A DNA stretch of 64,000 nt, taken from assembly GCA_963422645.2 (NCBI GenBank), contig CAXXVO010000005.1, positions 320,001 to 384,000 on the forward strand, written 5' to 3'. The notes under the pieces were generated by a model, which saw only the letters and a program-made list of their open reading frames with translations, had not been told where the DNA came from and searched no databases. Position numbers and translations under genes: made by a program. Positions within the stretch are counted from its first letter, which is position 1. Every line of letters begins with the position of its first letter. This DNA comes from Alphaproteobacteria bacterium (GTDB lineage: Bacteria > Pseudomonadota > Alphaproteobacteria > UBA828). Below are positions 19,495-28,670 of the stretch, one piece after another.

Positions 19495-21933
19495 ATGGCG
19501 ATGCGAGACGAGGATTTCGGGACGGCGCTGACACCGACCGAGGGGGACGAGGCGATCTGGTCGCCCCCCATGTCGGCGCCGGCGAGCGAGCCGCGCGACT
19601 GGCAATCTCTGTGCGAACAGGCGCAGGCGCGGGCGGAAGCAGCGGAAGCGCGTGCGGAAGAGTTGCGCTGGGCGGAAGTCGCCGCCCGCAGCGATGCGGG
19701 TGCGTGGAAGTCGCGGTTCAAGGCCTGCCGGCAGAGGCTGAGCGAGGCCGAGGAAGAGACCGGGGACCTCCGCCGCGCGGCCAAGGACGTGCCGGCCTTG
19801 CAGGCCGAAGTGGCGCACTTGCAGGAGTTGCTCTCCGAAGCCCGCAGCGTATCGAGCGAGTTCGGCACGATCGAAGCGCTGCGCGACGAGGTTGCTCAGT
19901 TGCAAGAGGCCCTGGCGTCGAAAGCCCGGAAGGACGCGACGGGGCCACTGTCGAGGGAGAATGCCCGGCTCCGCAAGACCCTGGAGCGGTCGCAGGGACA
20001 GAAGGACGAGGTCGCGGCGTTGCGCGGAGAGGTCTCGGCGCGGCGCAAGTCGGAGCGGGCCGCGCAGACGGCGCTGTCGAAGGAGAGCATCCGGCTGGGC
20101 AAGGCGCTGGAACGGACGCAGAAGCAGAAGGACACGGTCAAGGCGCTGCGCGAGGAAGTCGATTCCCTGACCCGGGAGACCCGTCGGCAGAACCGGGAGA
20201 ACGGCCGGCTGCGCCGCGAGCTGGAGTGGTTGCAGGGCATCAGGGCGACGGCACGTGGGTTGTCCGACGAGGTCGAGCTGCTGCGCGCGGAACTGGCGGA
20301 ATACCACGACCAGACGAACTTCATCGATTGGCAGGACAGGCGCATCGTCGACTTGCAAATTGCCCTGGATACGTCGGCCTTCAAGACCGAGCGGCTGGAG
20401 GCCGAGCTTGCCGAACGTCCCCTGCTGCCTGCGGCCTTGAAGAGATTGCGCCAGCAGGAGAAGACCATCGAGTCCCTGCGGGCCCGGATCGAGACGCTGG
20501 AAGAGGAGCTGGCCAAGCTGCGCTCGAGCCGGGCCGTCCTGTCGAAGGCGCTCCACGGCAGGAAGAGCGAGCAGCAGCAGAAGCCCGGTACGGGGCGCAA
20601 GCGCGGCCAGCAACGCGGCGCGCCCGGCCACGGCCGCACCCCGCGGCCCAAGCTCCAGGAGAAGAAGGAACGGCGCAACCCGCCGAAGGATGCGCGCATC
20701 TGTTCCTGTTGCGGCAAGCCCTATGTCGCCAACGGCGAACGCTCCACGAGCCTGATCGAGATCGAGGTCAAGGCCCACATCCGCAGGATCGTGCGGCCGC
20801 GCTACCGCCGGGGCTGCGAGTGTGCGTCCTCGCCCCTGGAAGCGATTGCGCCGCCGGTGCCGCGGCTGTTCCCCGGAACGCTCTTCGGAACCAGCTTCTG
20901 GGCACGGTTCCTGTTCGAACACTGTGGGTGTCTGCGCCCGCTGTGCCGGGTCGCCGCGTGGTACGGGGACCAGGGGCTGCCGGTCTCGCCGGGTACGCTG
21001 GCCAACAGCCTGAAGCGCTTCGTGCCGCTGTTCGACCCGCTCTACGAGGCGATCCTCGCGCACCAGAACACCGCGGCGTTGCGCCATGCCGACGAGACCG
21101 GCTGGCGGGTACAGGAGTTCCGCGACACCGGCCGTTCGAGCCGCGCCTGGCTGTGGGTCTCGGTCAGCAAGGATTCGGTCTACTACATCATCGACCCCTC
21201 GCGCAGCGCCGAGGTCGCAAGGACCCTGTTCCGCGACACCGCCTGTATCGTCTTCCTGGTCTGCGACCGCTACAGCGCATACAAAACGCTGGCGCGCGAA
21301 CTCGCCGGCAAGGTGATCCTGTGCTGGTGCTGGGCACATCAGCGACGCGACTTCGTCGACTGCGCGACCGGGCAGGAGGCGCTGACCGAATGGTGCCAGG
21401 AATGGGTCGAGCGGATCGCGCTCGTCTACCACCTGAACGACGAACGGCTGAAGCATTACGACCCCGCTCTCGAACGCCAGACACGGGCCTTCGACGCGGC
21501 GCAGCGCAAGCTCGGAAGGGCGGTCAAGCGCCTGTTCGCGGACGCCGAGGCGGAACTGGCCGGCCTGCCGGACAAGGACCGTCGGGCAAAGCCCTTGCGC
21601 TCGCTGCTCAACCACCGCGAAGGGTTGTGCGTCTTCGTCGACAATCCCCAGGTTCCGATGGACAACAACGCCGGGGAGCGGGCGATCCGCGGGCCGGCCA
21701 TCGGGCGCCGATTGAGCTTCGGTTCCAACAGCGAGGACGGCGCGAAGTTCACCGCGACCATGTACTCCGTCATCGGCACGCTCTCGATGAACGGCATCGA
21801 CGTGCCGCGCTGGCTGGAGGCATGGTTGAAGGCCTGCGCGGAGAATGGCGGCAAACCGCCCGACGACCTGTCCCCATGGCTGCCGTGGACGATGAGCGAG
21901 GCGCGCAGGCGCAAGTTCACGGCGCAGGAATGA
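19495..21933 (+). CDS. IS66-family transposase TnpC with long repeated coiled-coil N-terminus (812 aa)
   Basis: KRGQQRGAPGHGR, CSCCG zinc finger, HADETGW, VCDRYSAY, CWAHQRRDF, DNNAGERAIR, PWLPW. Confidence 0.9.
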   Translation: MAMRDEDFGTALTPTEGDEAIWSPPMSAPASEPRDWQSLCEQAQARAEAAEARAEELRWAEVAARSDAGAWKSRFKACRQRLSEAEEETGDLRRAAKDVPALQAEVAHLQELLSEARSVSSEFGTIEALRDEVAQLQEALASKARKDATGPLSRENARLRKTLERSQGQKDEVAALRGEVSARRKSERAAQTALSKESIRLGKALERTQKQKDTVKALREEVDSLTRETRRQNRENGRLRRELEWLQGIRATARGLSDEVELLRAELAEYHDQTNFIDWQDRRIVDLQIALDTSAFKTERLEAELAERPLLPAALKRLRQQEKTIESLRARIETLEEELAKLRSSRAVLSKALHGRKSEQQQKPGTGRKRGQQRGAPGHGRTPRPKLQEKKERRNPPKDARICSCCGKPYVANGERSTSLIEIEVKAHIRRIVRPRYRRGCECASSPLEAIAPPVPRLFPGTLFGTSFWARFLFEHCGCLRPLCRVAAWYGDQGLPVSPGTLANSLKRFVPLFDPLYEAILAHQNTAALRHADETGWRVQEFRDTGRSSRAWLWVSVSKDSVYYIIDPSRSAEVARTLFRDTACIVFLVCDRYSAYKTLARELAGKVILCWCWAHQRRDFVDCATGQEALTEWCQEWVERIALVYHLNDERLKHYDPALERQTRAFDAAQRKLGRAVKRLFADAEAELAGLPDKDRRAKPLRSLLNHREGLCVFVDNPQVPMDNNAGERAIRGPAIGRRLSFGSNSEDGAKFTATMYSVIGTLSMNGIDVPRWLEAWLKACAENGGKPPDDLSPWLPWTMSEARRRKFTAQE

Positions 21934-22833
21934 CCGGCGCCATCGAGTGCCGGTACTACGGGCGCGACTTCACCGCCGAGGAGATGGCGCTCCTGCGCGT
22001 GCTCATCGCCGCCGGCCCACCGCCCAACCGCCATGCCCTGTCGAGGGAGTTCTGCCGGCGCATCGGCTGGTTCAAGCCTGACGGCGGGCTCAAGGACATG
22101 ATGGCCAGGGTGACGATGCTGGCCATGCACAAGGACGGCCTGATCGTCCTCCCGCCGCCGAAATGGCCGCGCCCGCCGCGCCCGCCGCGTCGGCCCATGG
22201 TCTTCGGACCCGACACCGAGCCGCCGGTGCATCCGGCGCCGACATCCCTCGACGCGGTTCGCCCGCTCGATCTGCGGCCTGCCGTCCGCTACAGCCGCGA
22301 GGGCAAGCTGTGGAACGAGTTCGTCGCCCGCTACCACTATCTCGGCTACAAGACCCTGGTCGGCGCCCAGATGCGCTACGCCGTCCACGACCGTGACGGC
22401 CGGCCCATCGCCATGCTCGGCTTCAGCACCGCGGCGCGAAAGCTCGCACCCCGCGACCGCTTCATCGGATGGACGCCGCAGTCGCGCGAGAAGAACCTCC
22501 CGCTTGTGATCGACAACCCGAGGTTCCTTATTCTGCCCTGGATCGTCATCCCGAACCTGGGCTCGCACATCCTCTCGCTCGTGCGCCGGCAACTGCCCGG
22601 CGACTGGGAGGCGCGCTTCGGAGCGCGCCCGGTTCTGGTGGAGATGAAGGCTTCATAATGCTTCTCCGTTGTGCAGGTGGGCGGGCGTTTCTACCGCATT
22701 GATAGAAAAGGCGGTTTGGATTCCGTTGTTGCCGCCGCGGCGACCTTTACATCGTGCCGGACGTGATTTTCCAGTATCGCACGTTGGAGGTGCGGATCTG
22801 CATCGGGCGTTTTGCCTGACGGTCCGGGCATGG

Positions 22834-25014
22834 TCACCCCCCATCACCGTTGAGCCCGCGCAGCAGCGGCAGTTCGTCCTCGACCGGCAAACGCACATAC
22901 AGTCCGCGCGTCTTGCCGCGGGTCACATGGCAGCTGTCCAGCCTGCCCGCCTTGATCCGTTCCCAGACCGTCTGCCGCGTGACACCCAGACGATCCATTG
23001 CCACAGCGAGGGGAACAAACCCCTCCGGAGGCGCCTCACGAAAGCGCTCGCGCAAGGTCGGGGTCATCCGGATCCGAAGAGGAGCACCTTCGATATCGGG
23101 CTGGGCAACCGGAACCAGCCCCTCGCGGATCCAGCGATAGATGGTGTCATCCGAGACTCCGATCTCCTTCGCCACATCGGCAACGCCCATGAGCACCGGC
23201 TCGTCCCCGTCGGGCTGGTAGGGCGCAATGCCATGGCGGCGACGCAGGCTGCCAACAAGCTCGGCCGTGAAATCCAGACCCCGTGCTGTGCGCCGTCCCT
23301 GGCGGGTGAGAACCTTCGCGGTCTCCCGGTCGTTGTAAAAGCATGACAGCTTGCGCACGAGCTCGACCGTGCTGCGCTCATCGCGCCGGGGTGTCGGAGA
23401 GCCCGCGAGCATCGGCAAAGTGATCTCGTCGATCTGCCCGCCACGCCAGCGCAATGTTGCCATGATCTCACGCTCCTGTCGCGCAAGCTCGATCGTCACC
23501 TCGTCGAGGAGGCAGGCGAGCAGGCGCTTGCGCTCGCGCATGGTCGTCGACGACGCCCCCCAGACCTGCGACAGGCGCGCGCCGAGACCCTCGAAAACCG
23601 CCGGGGCAGGGGCCGCGGGCTGACGCGCCCGTGCCGCCTCAAGCGCTTCCTGTGCAGCCTTCTCGGCGCGAAGCGCCTTCTCCCACTCGCGCTCCAGCGT
23701 TGCCGCAATCAGACGGTTGTCGGGATCGACCTGCTTGTAGCGCCGCTCGGCAAGCCGCGCCTCGTACCGGCAGTGCTCAAGATCCAGCTCCCAACGGCGC
23801 AACGCGCGCAGGCCGCGTTCAGCAACATCACAAGCCGCCTGCCGGGCCGCCTCCACCCCCGCCGGCGTGACCGCATCGAGAAACAGACGGGCAACTTCCG
23901 CATCAACGCGCTTGCCGCCTGTCGACCAACAACCGCCGCGCCGGCGCGCAGCATCGCGCTTGCGGCACTCATACCCCCAGCCCGTCTTGCTGTAGTAGAC
24001 GGTCATCGGCAATCCGCAGCCGCCGCAGACCGCGAGACCCTGGAGCAGAGCCGACCCTTCCCGCGCCGCGCCGCGGGCTCCGTCCGGAGCCATGTGGTTG
24101 CGGGCCAGCTGCTCCTGTACTTCAAGCCATTCTGCCCAACTGACATATCCCTCATGCTTCTCCGGCTGAAGAATATCCCAGCGCTCCTGGACCGGCCGCA
24201 GCGGCGCACCGTGACCAACGCCGCGTTTGAAGCCGTAGGCATAGGCGCCGCCCATCGCCGGGTTGGTGAGGATGCGGTACACCCGTTCATAGCGCGCCGG
24301 GCCCCATTCCAATGCTGCCCCCGGGTGCCGGCGAGAGGGAACATCCTCGCCCGCCTCACGCAGCAGCATCGTCGCCTGGCGGGCCGAACCGGCTTGCCGA
24401 AAACGCGCAAAGACCGTTGCAATCGCCGCCTGAACCCGGGCATCCGGATCCTTCCGCAAAGTCGAGCCATCCCGCACAAATCCGATCGGAACGCGCGAGT
24501 ACAACTCGCCACGAAGCGCCTTGTTCCGCTTTCCGCCCTCCATCCGGGCGCGAATAAGAGACAGCTCAGCGGCGCTCACGGTTCCCTTGATCCCCAGGAC
24601 AAGGGAGTCGTCGTCCCGGCTCGGGCAGTAGATGTGGCAGTCCTCAACCAGAACCGTGTCGTGCCTGCGACATAGATCGAGAAGCTGAAACCATTCCATC
24701 GTGTTCCTGGCGAGCCGCGAAACCTCAATCCCGAAGATGCCCCCGACATGGTCCCGGGCGATCAGGTCGCACATCTCCCGAAAGCCGCCACGCTCGCCGC
24801 GCGCCTTCTCGCTTGCGCTCTCGCCAAGATCGGCGTCGATCGTCCGTATCCGCTCGGCCGGCCAGCCAATCTCCCGGGCACGCTCGCCAAGCGCGTATTG
24901 GCGCAGCTGCGATTCCTGGTGCGCGTTCACTTGCAAGGGTGTCGACTGGCGAACGTAGACAACTGCAAGACGCTCAAGATGACGCTGGGTGATCTTCGAC
25001 GGATCGACCGTCAT
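22834..25014 (-). CDS. Large serine recombinase with zinc ribbon and two C-terminal HTH motifs
   Basis: AVVYVRQST catalytic serine, DADLGES, EVSRLARN, ILTNPAMGG, CGGCG..C..C, VDPDNRLIA; C-terminal VAKEIGVSDDTIYRW and LGVTRQTVWERI. Confidence 0.92.
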   Translation of the reverse strand: MTVDPSKITQRHLERLAVVYVRQSTPLQVNAHQESQLRQYALGERAREIGWPAERIRTIDADLGESASEKARGERGGFREMCDLIARDHVGGIFGIEVSRLARNTMEWFQLLDLCRRHDTVLVEDCHIYCPSRDDDSLVLGIKGTVSAAELSLIRARMEGGKRNKALRGELYSRVPIGFVRDGSTLRKDPDARVQAAIATVFARFRQAGSARQATMLLREAGEDVPSRRHPGAALEWGPARYERVYRILTNPAMGGAYAYGFKRGVGHGAPLRPVQERWDILQPEKHEGYVSWAEWLEVQEQLARNHMAPDGARGAAREGSALLQGLAVCGGCGLPMTVYYSKTGWGYECRKRDAARRRGGCWSTGGKRVDAEVARLFLDAVTPAGVEAARQAACDVAERGLRALRRWELDLEHCRYEARLAERRYKQVDPDNRLIAATLEREWEKALRAEKAAQEALEAARARQPAAPAPAVFEGLGARLSQVWGASSTTMRERKRLLACLLDEVTIELARQEREIMATLRWRGGQIDEITLPMLAGSPTPRRDERSTVELVRKLSCFYNDRETAKVLTRQGRRTARGLDFTAELVGSLRRRHGIAPYQPDGDEPVLMGVADVAKEIGVSDDTIYRWIREGLVPVAQPDIEGAPLRIRMTPTLRERFREAPPEGFVPLAVAMDRLGVTRQTVWERIKAGRLDSCHVTRGKTRGLYVRLPVEDELPLLRGLNGDGG

Positions 25015-25165
25015 CGGCCGCCTCCCGATCCGCAATCCGAACCATCAGATCGGCCAGACCCTGCACGACGCGATCCCGGTCCGGAGCCGGAAACGCCAGC
25101 CACCGGTCCCGGCGCTCCTCCCACTCCATCAGCGCGATCAGCGCCAACTCCTGCTCCGCATCCAT
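24974..25165 (-). CDS. Small accessory protein of the recombinase element
   Basis: 63 aa, W..FPAPDRDRVVQGLADLMVR pattern, typical of the small ORF preceding this recombinase class; overlaps the recombinase start. Confidence 0.6.
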   Translation of the reverse strand: MDAEQELALIALMEWEERRDRWLAFPAPDRDRVVQGLADLMVRIADREAADDGRSVEDHPASS

Positions 25166-25469
25166 CGCGCCTGAGTTCCCTCTCATCAAGGTCATTCAGA
25201 AGATTAAGGAGGGTGAGGAAATCAGACAACTCTCCGATCAGGCGTGGTGCATCCTCGGGACGGGCTCCAAGGCTCGTCCATGCCGCTGGTATCCAACAAC
25301 AGCTGCCGTCCGGCATCCGAACCTTCAGAGTCCGGCCCCCGTAACCTCCTTTGCGCCGATCGAGAATCTCGATCGCCTCACCGTCGAAAGGATGCTTGTA
25401 GCGTCGAATGCGAACGGGCTCAGGAGCCTCGGAAGCCTGCAAGATAGTAGTCTGTGACGTTCGTGGAGA
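25011..25469 (-). CDS. DUF5372/Y4bD-like accessory protein whose 5' end is separated by the att site
   Basis: VRIRRYKHPFDGEAIEIL...MPDGSCCWIPAAWTSL; frame is open through the junction; RBS and ATG lie at the other end of the element (22654-22667). Confidence 0.7.
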   Translation of the reverse strand, partial: SPRTSQTTILQASEAPEPVRIRRYKHPFDGEAIEILDRRKGGYGGRTLKVRMPDGSCCWIPAAWTSLGARPEDAPRLIGELSDFLTLLNLLNDLDERELRRDGCGAGVGADRADGVGGAPGPVAGVSGSGPGSRRAGSGRSDGSDCGSGGGR

Positions 25470-25545
25470 CCTTCGTCGAGACGCCCCGCTACACCGGCGC
25501 CGTCTACAAGGCATCCGGCTGGATCCGCGTCGGGACCACCCAGGG

Positions 25546-25680
25546 GCGCGGGCGCTACGACACGCACATGAAGCGGGCCGAGCCCAGGAAGGACATCTGG
25601 CTGCGGCCTCTCCGACGAGACTGGAAGCGGACACTCAATCGGTGAAATCACCATCCATCACCTGAGAACGGAAGCATTAC
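25546..25680. repeat. 135-bp terminal inverted repeat, right copy (includes the DUF4338 3' end)
   Basis: Reverse complement of 19315-19449. Confidence 0.92.
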
Positions 25681-26033
25681 TCGCATGCGCCCCTCGCGCC
25701 TATGGCGGCGAGTAAGCGGACCGCAAGCGAGTGATGTCGAGCGTGCGAGTATTGGAGCGTAGGATTGTGACGAGCGCAAGGGAGAATTGGGCCGGGGCGG
25801 AAACGAAAGATGCGACAGAACAGCTAGTTATCGTATACACGCGTACCGCGGCGTACTCGTGACATAGAGGGATTTCACGGAATCACAATTATATTCCTCA
25901 AGCGCCGGGCGCGCGCACCAGGCTGCTTCGCGACCCGGTCTTGCCCGTGTCAAATGTCCCGCGGTTGCCGCCGGCGCTCTTGTTGTCAGTGCACGCTTCC
26001 ATGGCATACTGAAGTCGAGACGGGAGACTGCCG

Positions 26034-26330
26034 ATGCAGACCGACAGCCACATTCTCGACGACGTGGCCCGGGTCGCCACCGGGGCGATGGGGGCCGCGA
26101 GCGGGCTCAAGGGCGAGCTCGATGCCATGGTCAAGCGGCGCCTCGAAGGAATTCTGGCGCAAATGGACCTCGTCCCGCGCGACGAGTTCGATGCGGTCAA
26201 GGAAATGGCGGCGCGCGCCCGAAGCGAAAGTGAAGCGCTGGCCGAGCGGGTCGCCCAGCTGGAAGCGAAGCTCATGGCGGTCGAGGGCGCGCCGCAAGCC
26301 GGCGCCAGGGAGGCAGACGATGGACGATAA
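26034..26330 (+). CDS. ubiK: UbiK/BMFP-family accessory factor
   Basis: LDDVARVATGA...MDLVPRDEFDAVKEMAARAR.E...L..RVA.LE. Confidence 0.85.
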   Translation: MQTDSHILDDVARVATGAMGAASGLKGELDAMVKRRLEGILAQMDLVPRDEFDAVKEMAARARSESEALAERVAQLEAKLMAVEGAPQAGAREADDGR

Positions 26331-26622
26331 GACCCAGATCGAGCTGGAGGCCGCCGCCTTCCGCACCCTCGTCGCGCACCTGCGCAAGCGCACGGACGTG
26401 CAGAACATCGAGCTGATGAACCTCGCCGGCTTCTGTCGCAACTGCCTCTCCAAATGGTACCGCGCCGCGGCCGAGGAAAAGGGGCTCGACATGAACCTGG
26501 AGGAGGCGCGCCAGCAGGTCTACGGCATGACCTACGCGGAGTGGAAGGAGCACTTCCAGACCGAGGCGACGTCCGAGCAGAAGGTCAAGTACGCCGAGGA
26601 GGCCGCGAAACACGGCTTCTGA
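26320..26622 (+). CDS. DUF1244 domain protein
   Basis: ELEAAAFRTLVAHLRKRTDVQNIELMNLAGFCRNCLSKWY. Confidence 0.88.
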   Translation: MDDKTQIELEAAAFRTLVAHLRKRTDVQNIELMNLAGFCRNCLSKWYRAAAEEKGLDMNLEEARQQVYGMTYAEWKEHFQTEATSEQKVKYAEEAAKHGF

Positions 26623-26848
26623 TTTGTTTGATCATTTCCCTCAGTCGCCGGGCGCTCGCTCCGCTCGCTTGGCTACGCGCCGTTAGGCGCGCGGCGCAGT
26701 CGCGCCGTCCGGGCCTGCGGCCCGGTAACTTCGATGCGCCACACCCGTGGGCTGCCAGTTGCGAATGTGCTCCGCTCGCCTGTAAGTAAGTCTTTGGAGC
26801 GTGAGCGGTTGGCGCTCTCAGCGACTCCCTGAAGCAGAGAGGCCGTCG

Positions 26849-27937
26849 ATGACGAAACCGGTCGGTGTCGGGTTCTTGGGTTCGCAGTTCGTGAGCGGGA
26901 TTCATGCCCGCGCGCTCGTGCGCAACCCCAATGCGAAACTCATCGGCGTGGCATCGCCCACACCCGGCAATGCCGAGACCTTTGCCCAGACCTATGGCCT
27001 GCCCCACCACTGGACCGATCACCGCCCGCTGCTGGAGCGCGACGATATCGACATGGTGGTCATCGGCACGCCCAACGACACCCACTGCCCGCTGGTGCTG
27101 GATTGCGCCGCCGCCGGCAAGCATGTCGTGCTGGAGAAGCCGATGTGCTTGAGCATGGCCGAGGCCGACAGCATGGTGGCTGCCTGCAAGGATGCCGGCG
27201 TGCTCTTCATGTACGCCGAGGAGGTGTGCTTCGCACCGAAGTACGTGCGCATGAAGTCCCTGCTCGATGCCGGGGCGCTCGGCCGGCCGACCCTCGTCAA
27301 GCAGTCGGAGAAGCACGACGGCCCCCACGCGCCCCACTTCTGGGATGTCGATCGCGCGGGCGGCGGCGTGGTCGCGGACATGGGCTGCCACGGCATCGCC
27401 TTCGCCCGCTGGATGCTCGACCGGTCGCCGATCGTCTCGGTCTATGCCCAGCTGTCGACCCAGGTGCACGGCGACAAGACCAGGGGCGAGGATAACGCGC
27501 TGCTCATCCTCGAGTTCGAGAACGGCTGCCTCTTCCTCAACGAGACCAGCTGGACCAAGCCCGGCGGCATGGACGACCGGGCCGAGGTGCACGGCTCCGA
27601 AGGCGTGGCCTATGCCGACCTGCTCCATGGCAACTCCATCGAGACCTACAGCCGCAGCGGCTACGACTACGCCGTGGAGAAGGGCGGCGAGACCTCGGGG
27701 TGGAGCTTCACCATCTACGAGGAGGAGTGGAACTACGGCTTCTGGGCCGAGTTCGACCACTTCGTGGATTGTGTGCAGAAGGGCACGGAGCCGCTGGTGA
27801 CGGGAGAGGACGCGCGTGCCGTCCAGGAAGTGCTGTTCGCAGCCTACGAGTCCGCCCGCACCGGTGCCAAGGTGGCGCTCCCCTTCAGGAGCGACGCGGC
27901 CAAGCCTTGGGACCTGTGGCAGGGCGGCGCGGGCTGA
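26849..27937 (+). CDS. Gfo/Idh/MocA-family oxidoreductase
   Basis: GFLGS, GTPNDTH, AGKHVVLEKP, GGGVVADMGCH. Confidence 0.9.
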   Translation: MTKPVGVGFLGSQFVSGIHARALVRNPNAKLIGVASPTPGNAETFAQTYGLPHHWTDHRPLLERDDIDMVVIGTPNDTHCPLVLDCAAAGKHVVLEKPMCLSMAEADSMVAACKDAGVLFMYAEEVCFAPKYVRMKSLLDAGALGRPTLVKQSEKHDGPHAPHFWDVDRAGGGVVADMGCHGIAFARWMLDRSPIVSVYAQLSTQVHGDKTRGEDNALLILEFENGCLFLNETSWTKPGGMDDRAEVHGSEGVAYADLLHGNSIETYSRSGYDYAVEKGGETSGWSFTIYEEEWNYGFWAEFDHFVDCVQKGTEPLVTGEDARAVQEVLFAAYESARTGAKVALPFRSDAAKPWDLWQGGAG

Positions 27938-27941
27938 CGCG

Positions 27942-28670
27942 GTGCGTTTCACCGTCCACCCGGATGGGGAGGCGCTGGATCGTGAGGCCGCGGCCTTCAT
28001 TTGGGAGGCGGCCGGCGCCAAGCCCGACCTCCTGATCTGCCTCGCGAGCGGGGACACGCCGACCGGCACTTACGCCCTGCTCGCTCAAAACCCGGAACGC
28101 CTCGCACACGCGCGCTTCATCCAGCTCGACGAGTGGGCGGGCGTTGCTCCGGAGGATCCGGCGAGCTGCGCCGACTATCTGCACCGCACGGTGCAGGGTC
28201 CCCTCGCGGTGCCGCCGGAGCGCTGGATCGGAATCCGCGGCGACGCGCCGGATGCCGCCGCCGAGTGCCGGCGGGTGGGCGCCGCGTTGGAGGCGGCCGG
28301 GCCCATCGACCTCTGCATCCTGGGGCTCGGGCTGAACGGGCATCTGGCGCTGAACGAGCCGGCGGAAAGCTTTGATCCCTTTTGCCACGTCGCCACGCTT
28401 GCCGCGCAGTCCCGCACCCACCCGATGGTGGCCGCGGCCGCCCACCCGGTCCGCCAAGGGCTGACGCTCGGCCTGGGCGACATCATGCGCGCGCGCCGCA
28501 TCCTGCTCATGGTCTCCGGCGCCGCCAAGCGAACGCCCCTCGCCCGGCTTGCGGCCCGGCGCATCACGCCTACGCTGCCCGCGTCGTTCCTGTGGCTGCA
28601 CGGCGACGCGGTCTGCCTCTGCGACCGGGAGGCCGCGGCCGACACCGGGCTCGACGACGCCGACCCATGA
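27942..28670 (+). CDS. Glucosamine/galactosamine-6-phosphate deaminase/isomerase-like protein
   Basis: LASGDTPTGTY, QLDEW, LGLGLNGHLALNEP, LTLGLGDI. Confidence 0.85.
   Translation: MRFTVHPDGEALDREAAAFIWEAAGAKPDLLICLASGDTPTGTYALLAQNPERLAHARFIQLDEWAGVAPEDPASCADYLHRTVQGPLAVPPERWIGIRGDAPDAAAECRRVGAALEAAGPIDLCILGLGLNGHLALNEPAESFDPFCHVATLAAQSRTHPMVAAAAHPVRQGLTLGLGDIMRARRILLMVSGAAKRTPLARLAARRITPTLPASFLWLHGDAVCLCDREAAADTGLDDADP

Larger units (their letters stand above)
22638..25469 (-). mobile_element. Minimal large-serine-recombinase element (2825-bp unit), Y4bA/Y4bD-like
   Basis: GTGGAGA duplicated at 22638-22644 and 25463-25469; three minus-strand ORFs. Confidence 0.88.
21930..25645 (+). pseudogene. 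DUF4338 (Druantia DruA-like domain) gene split by the recombinase element; parts 21930-22644 and 25470-25645 rejoin to 296 aa
   Basis: YHYLGYKTLVGAQMRY, RDRFIGW, RFLILPW..PNLGSHILS, ...RPVLVE|TFVETPRYTGAVYKASGWIRVGTTQGRGR; frame is restored exactly when one GTGGAGA copy and the insert are removed. Confidence 0.88.
19315..25680 (+). mobile_element. IS66-like element (TnpC + DUF4338) carrying a nested serine-recombinase element
   Basis: GTAA termini; 8-bp TSD TCGCATGC at 19307-19314 and 25681-25688; 135-bp terminal inverted repeats. Confidence 0.9.

Noticed and set aside
19341-22658. 1105-aa ORF as a single giant protein
   Set aside because: Only the part from ATG 21930 is protein-like (DUF4338); the rest is an off-frame overlap of tnpC.
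21930-25645. Druantia anti-phage system
   Set aside because: Only a DUF4338 gene inside IS ends; no DruE helicase or other dru genes.
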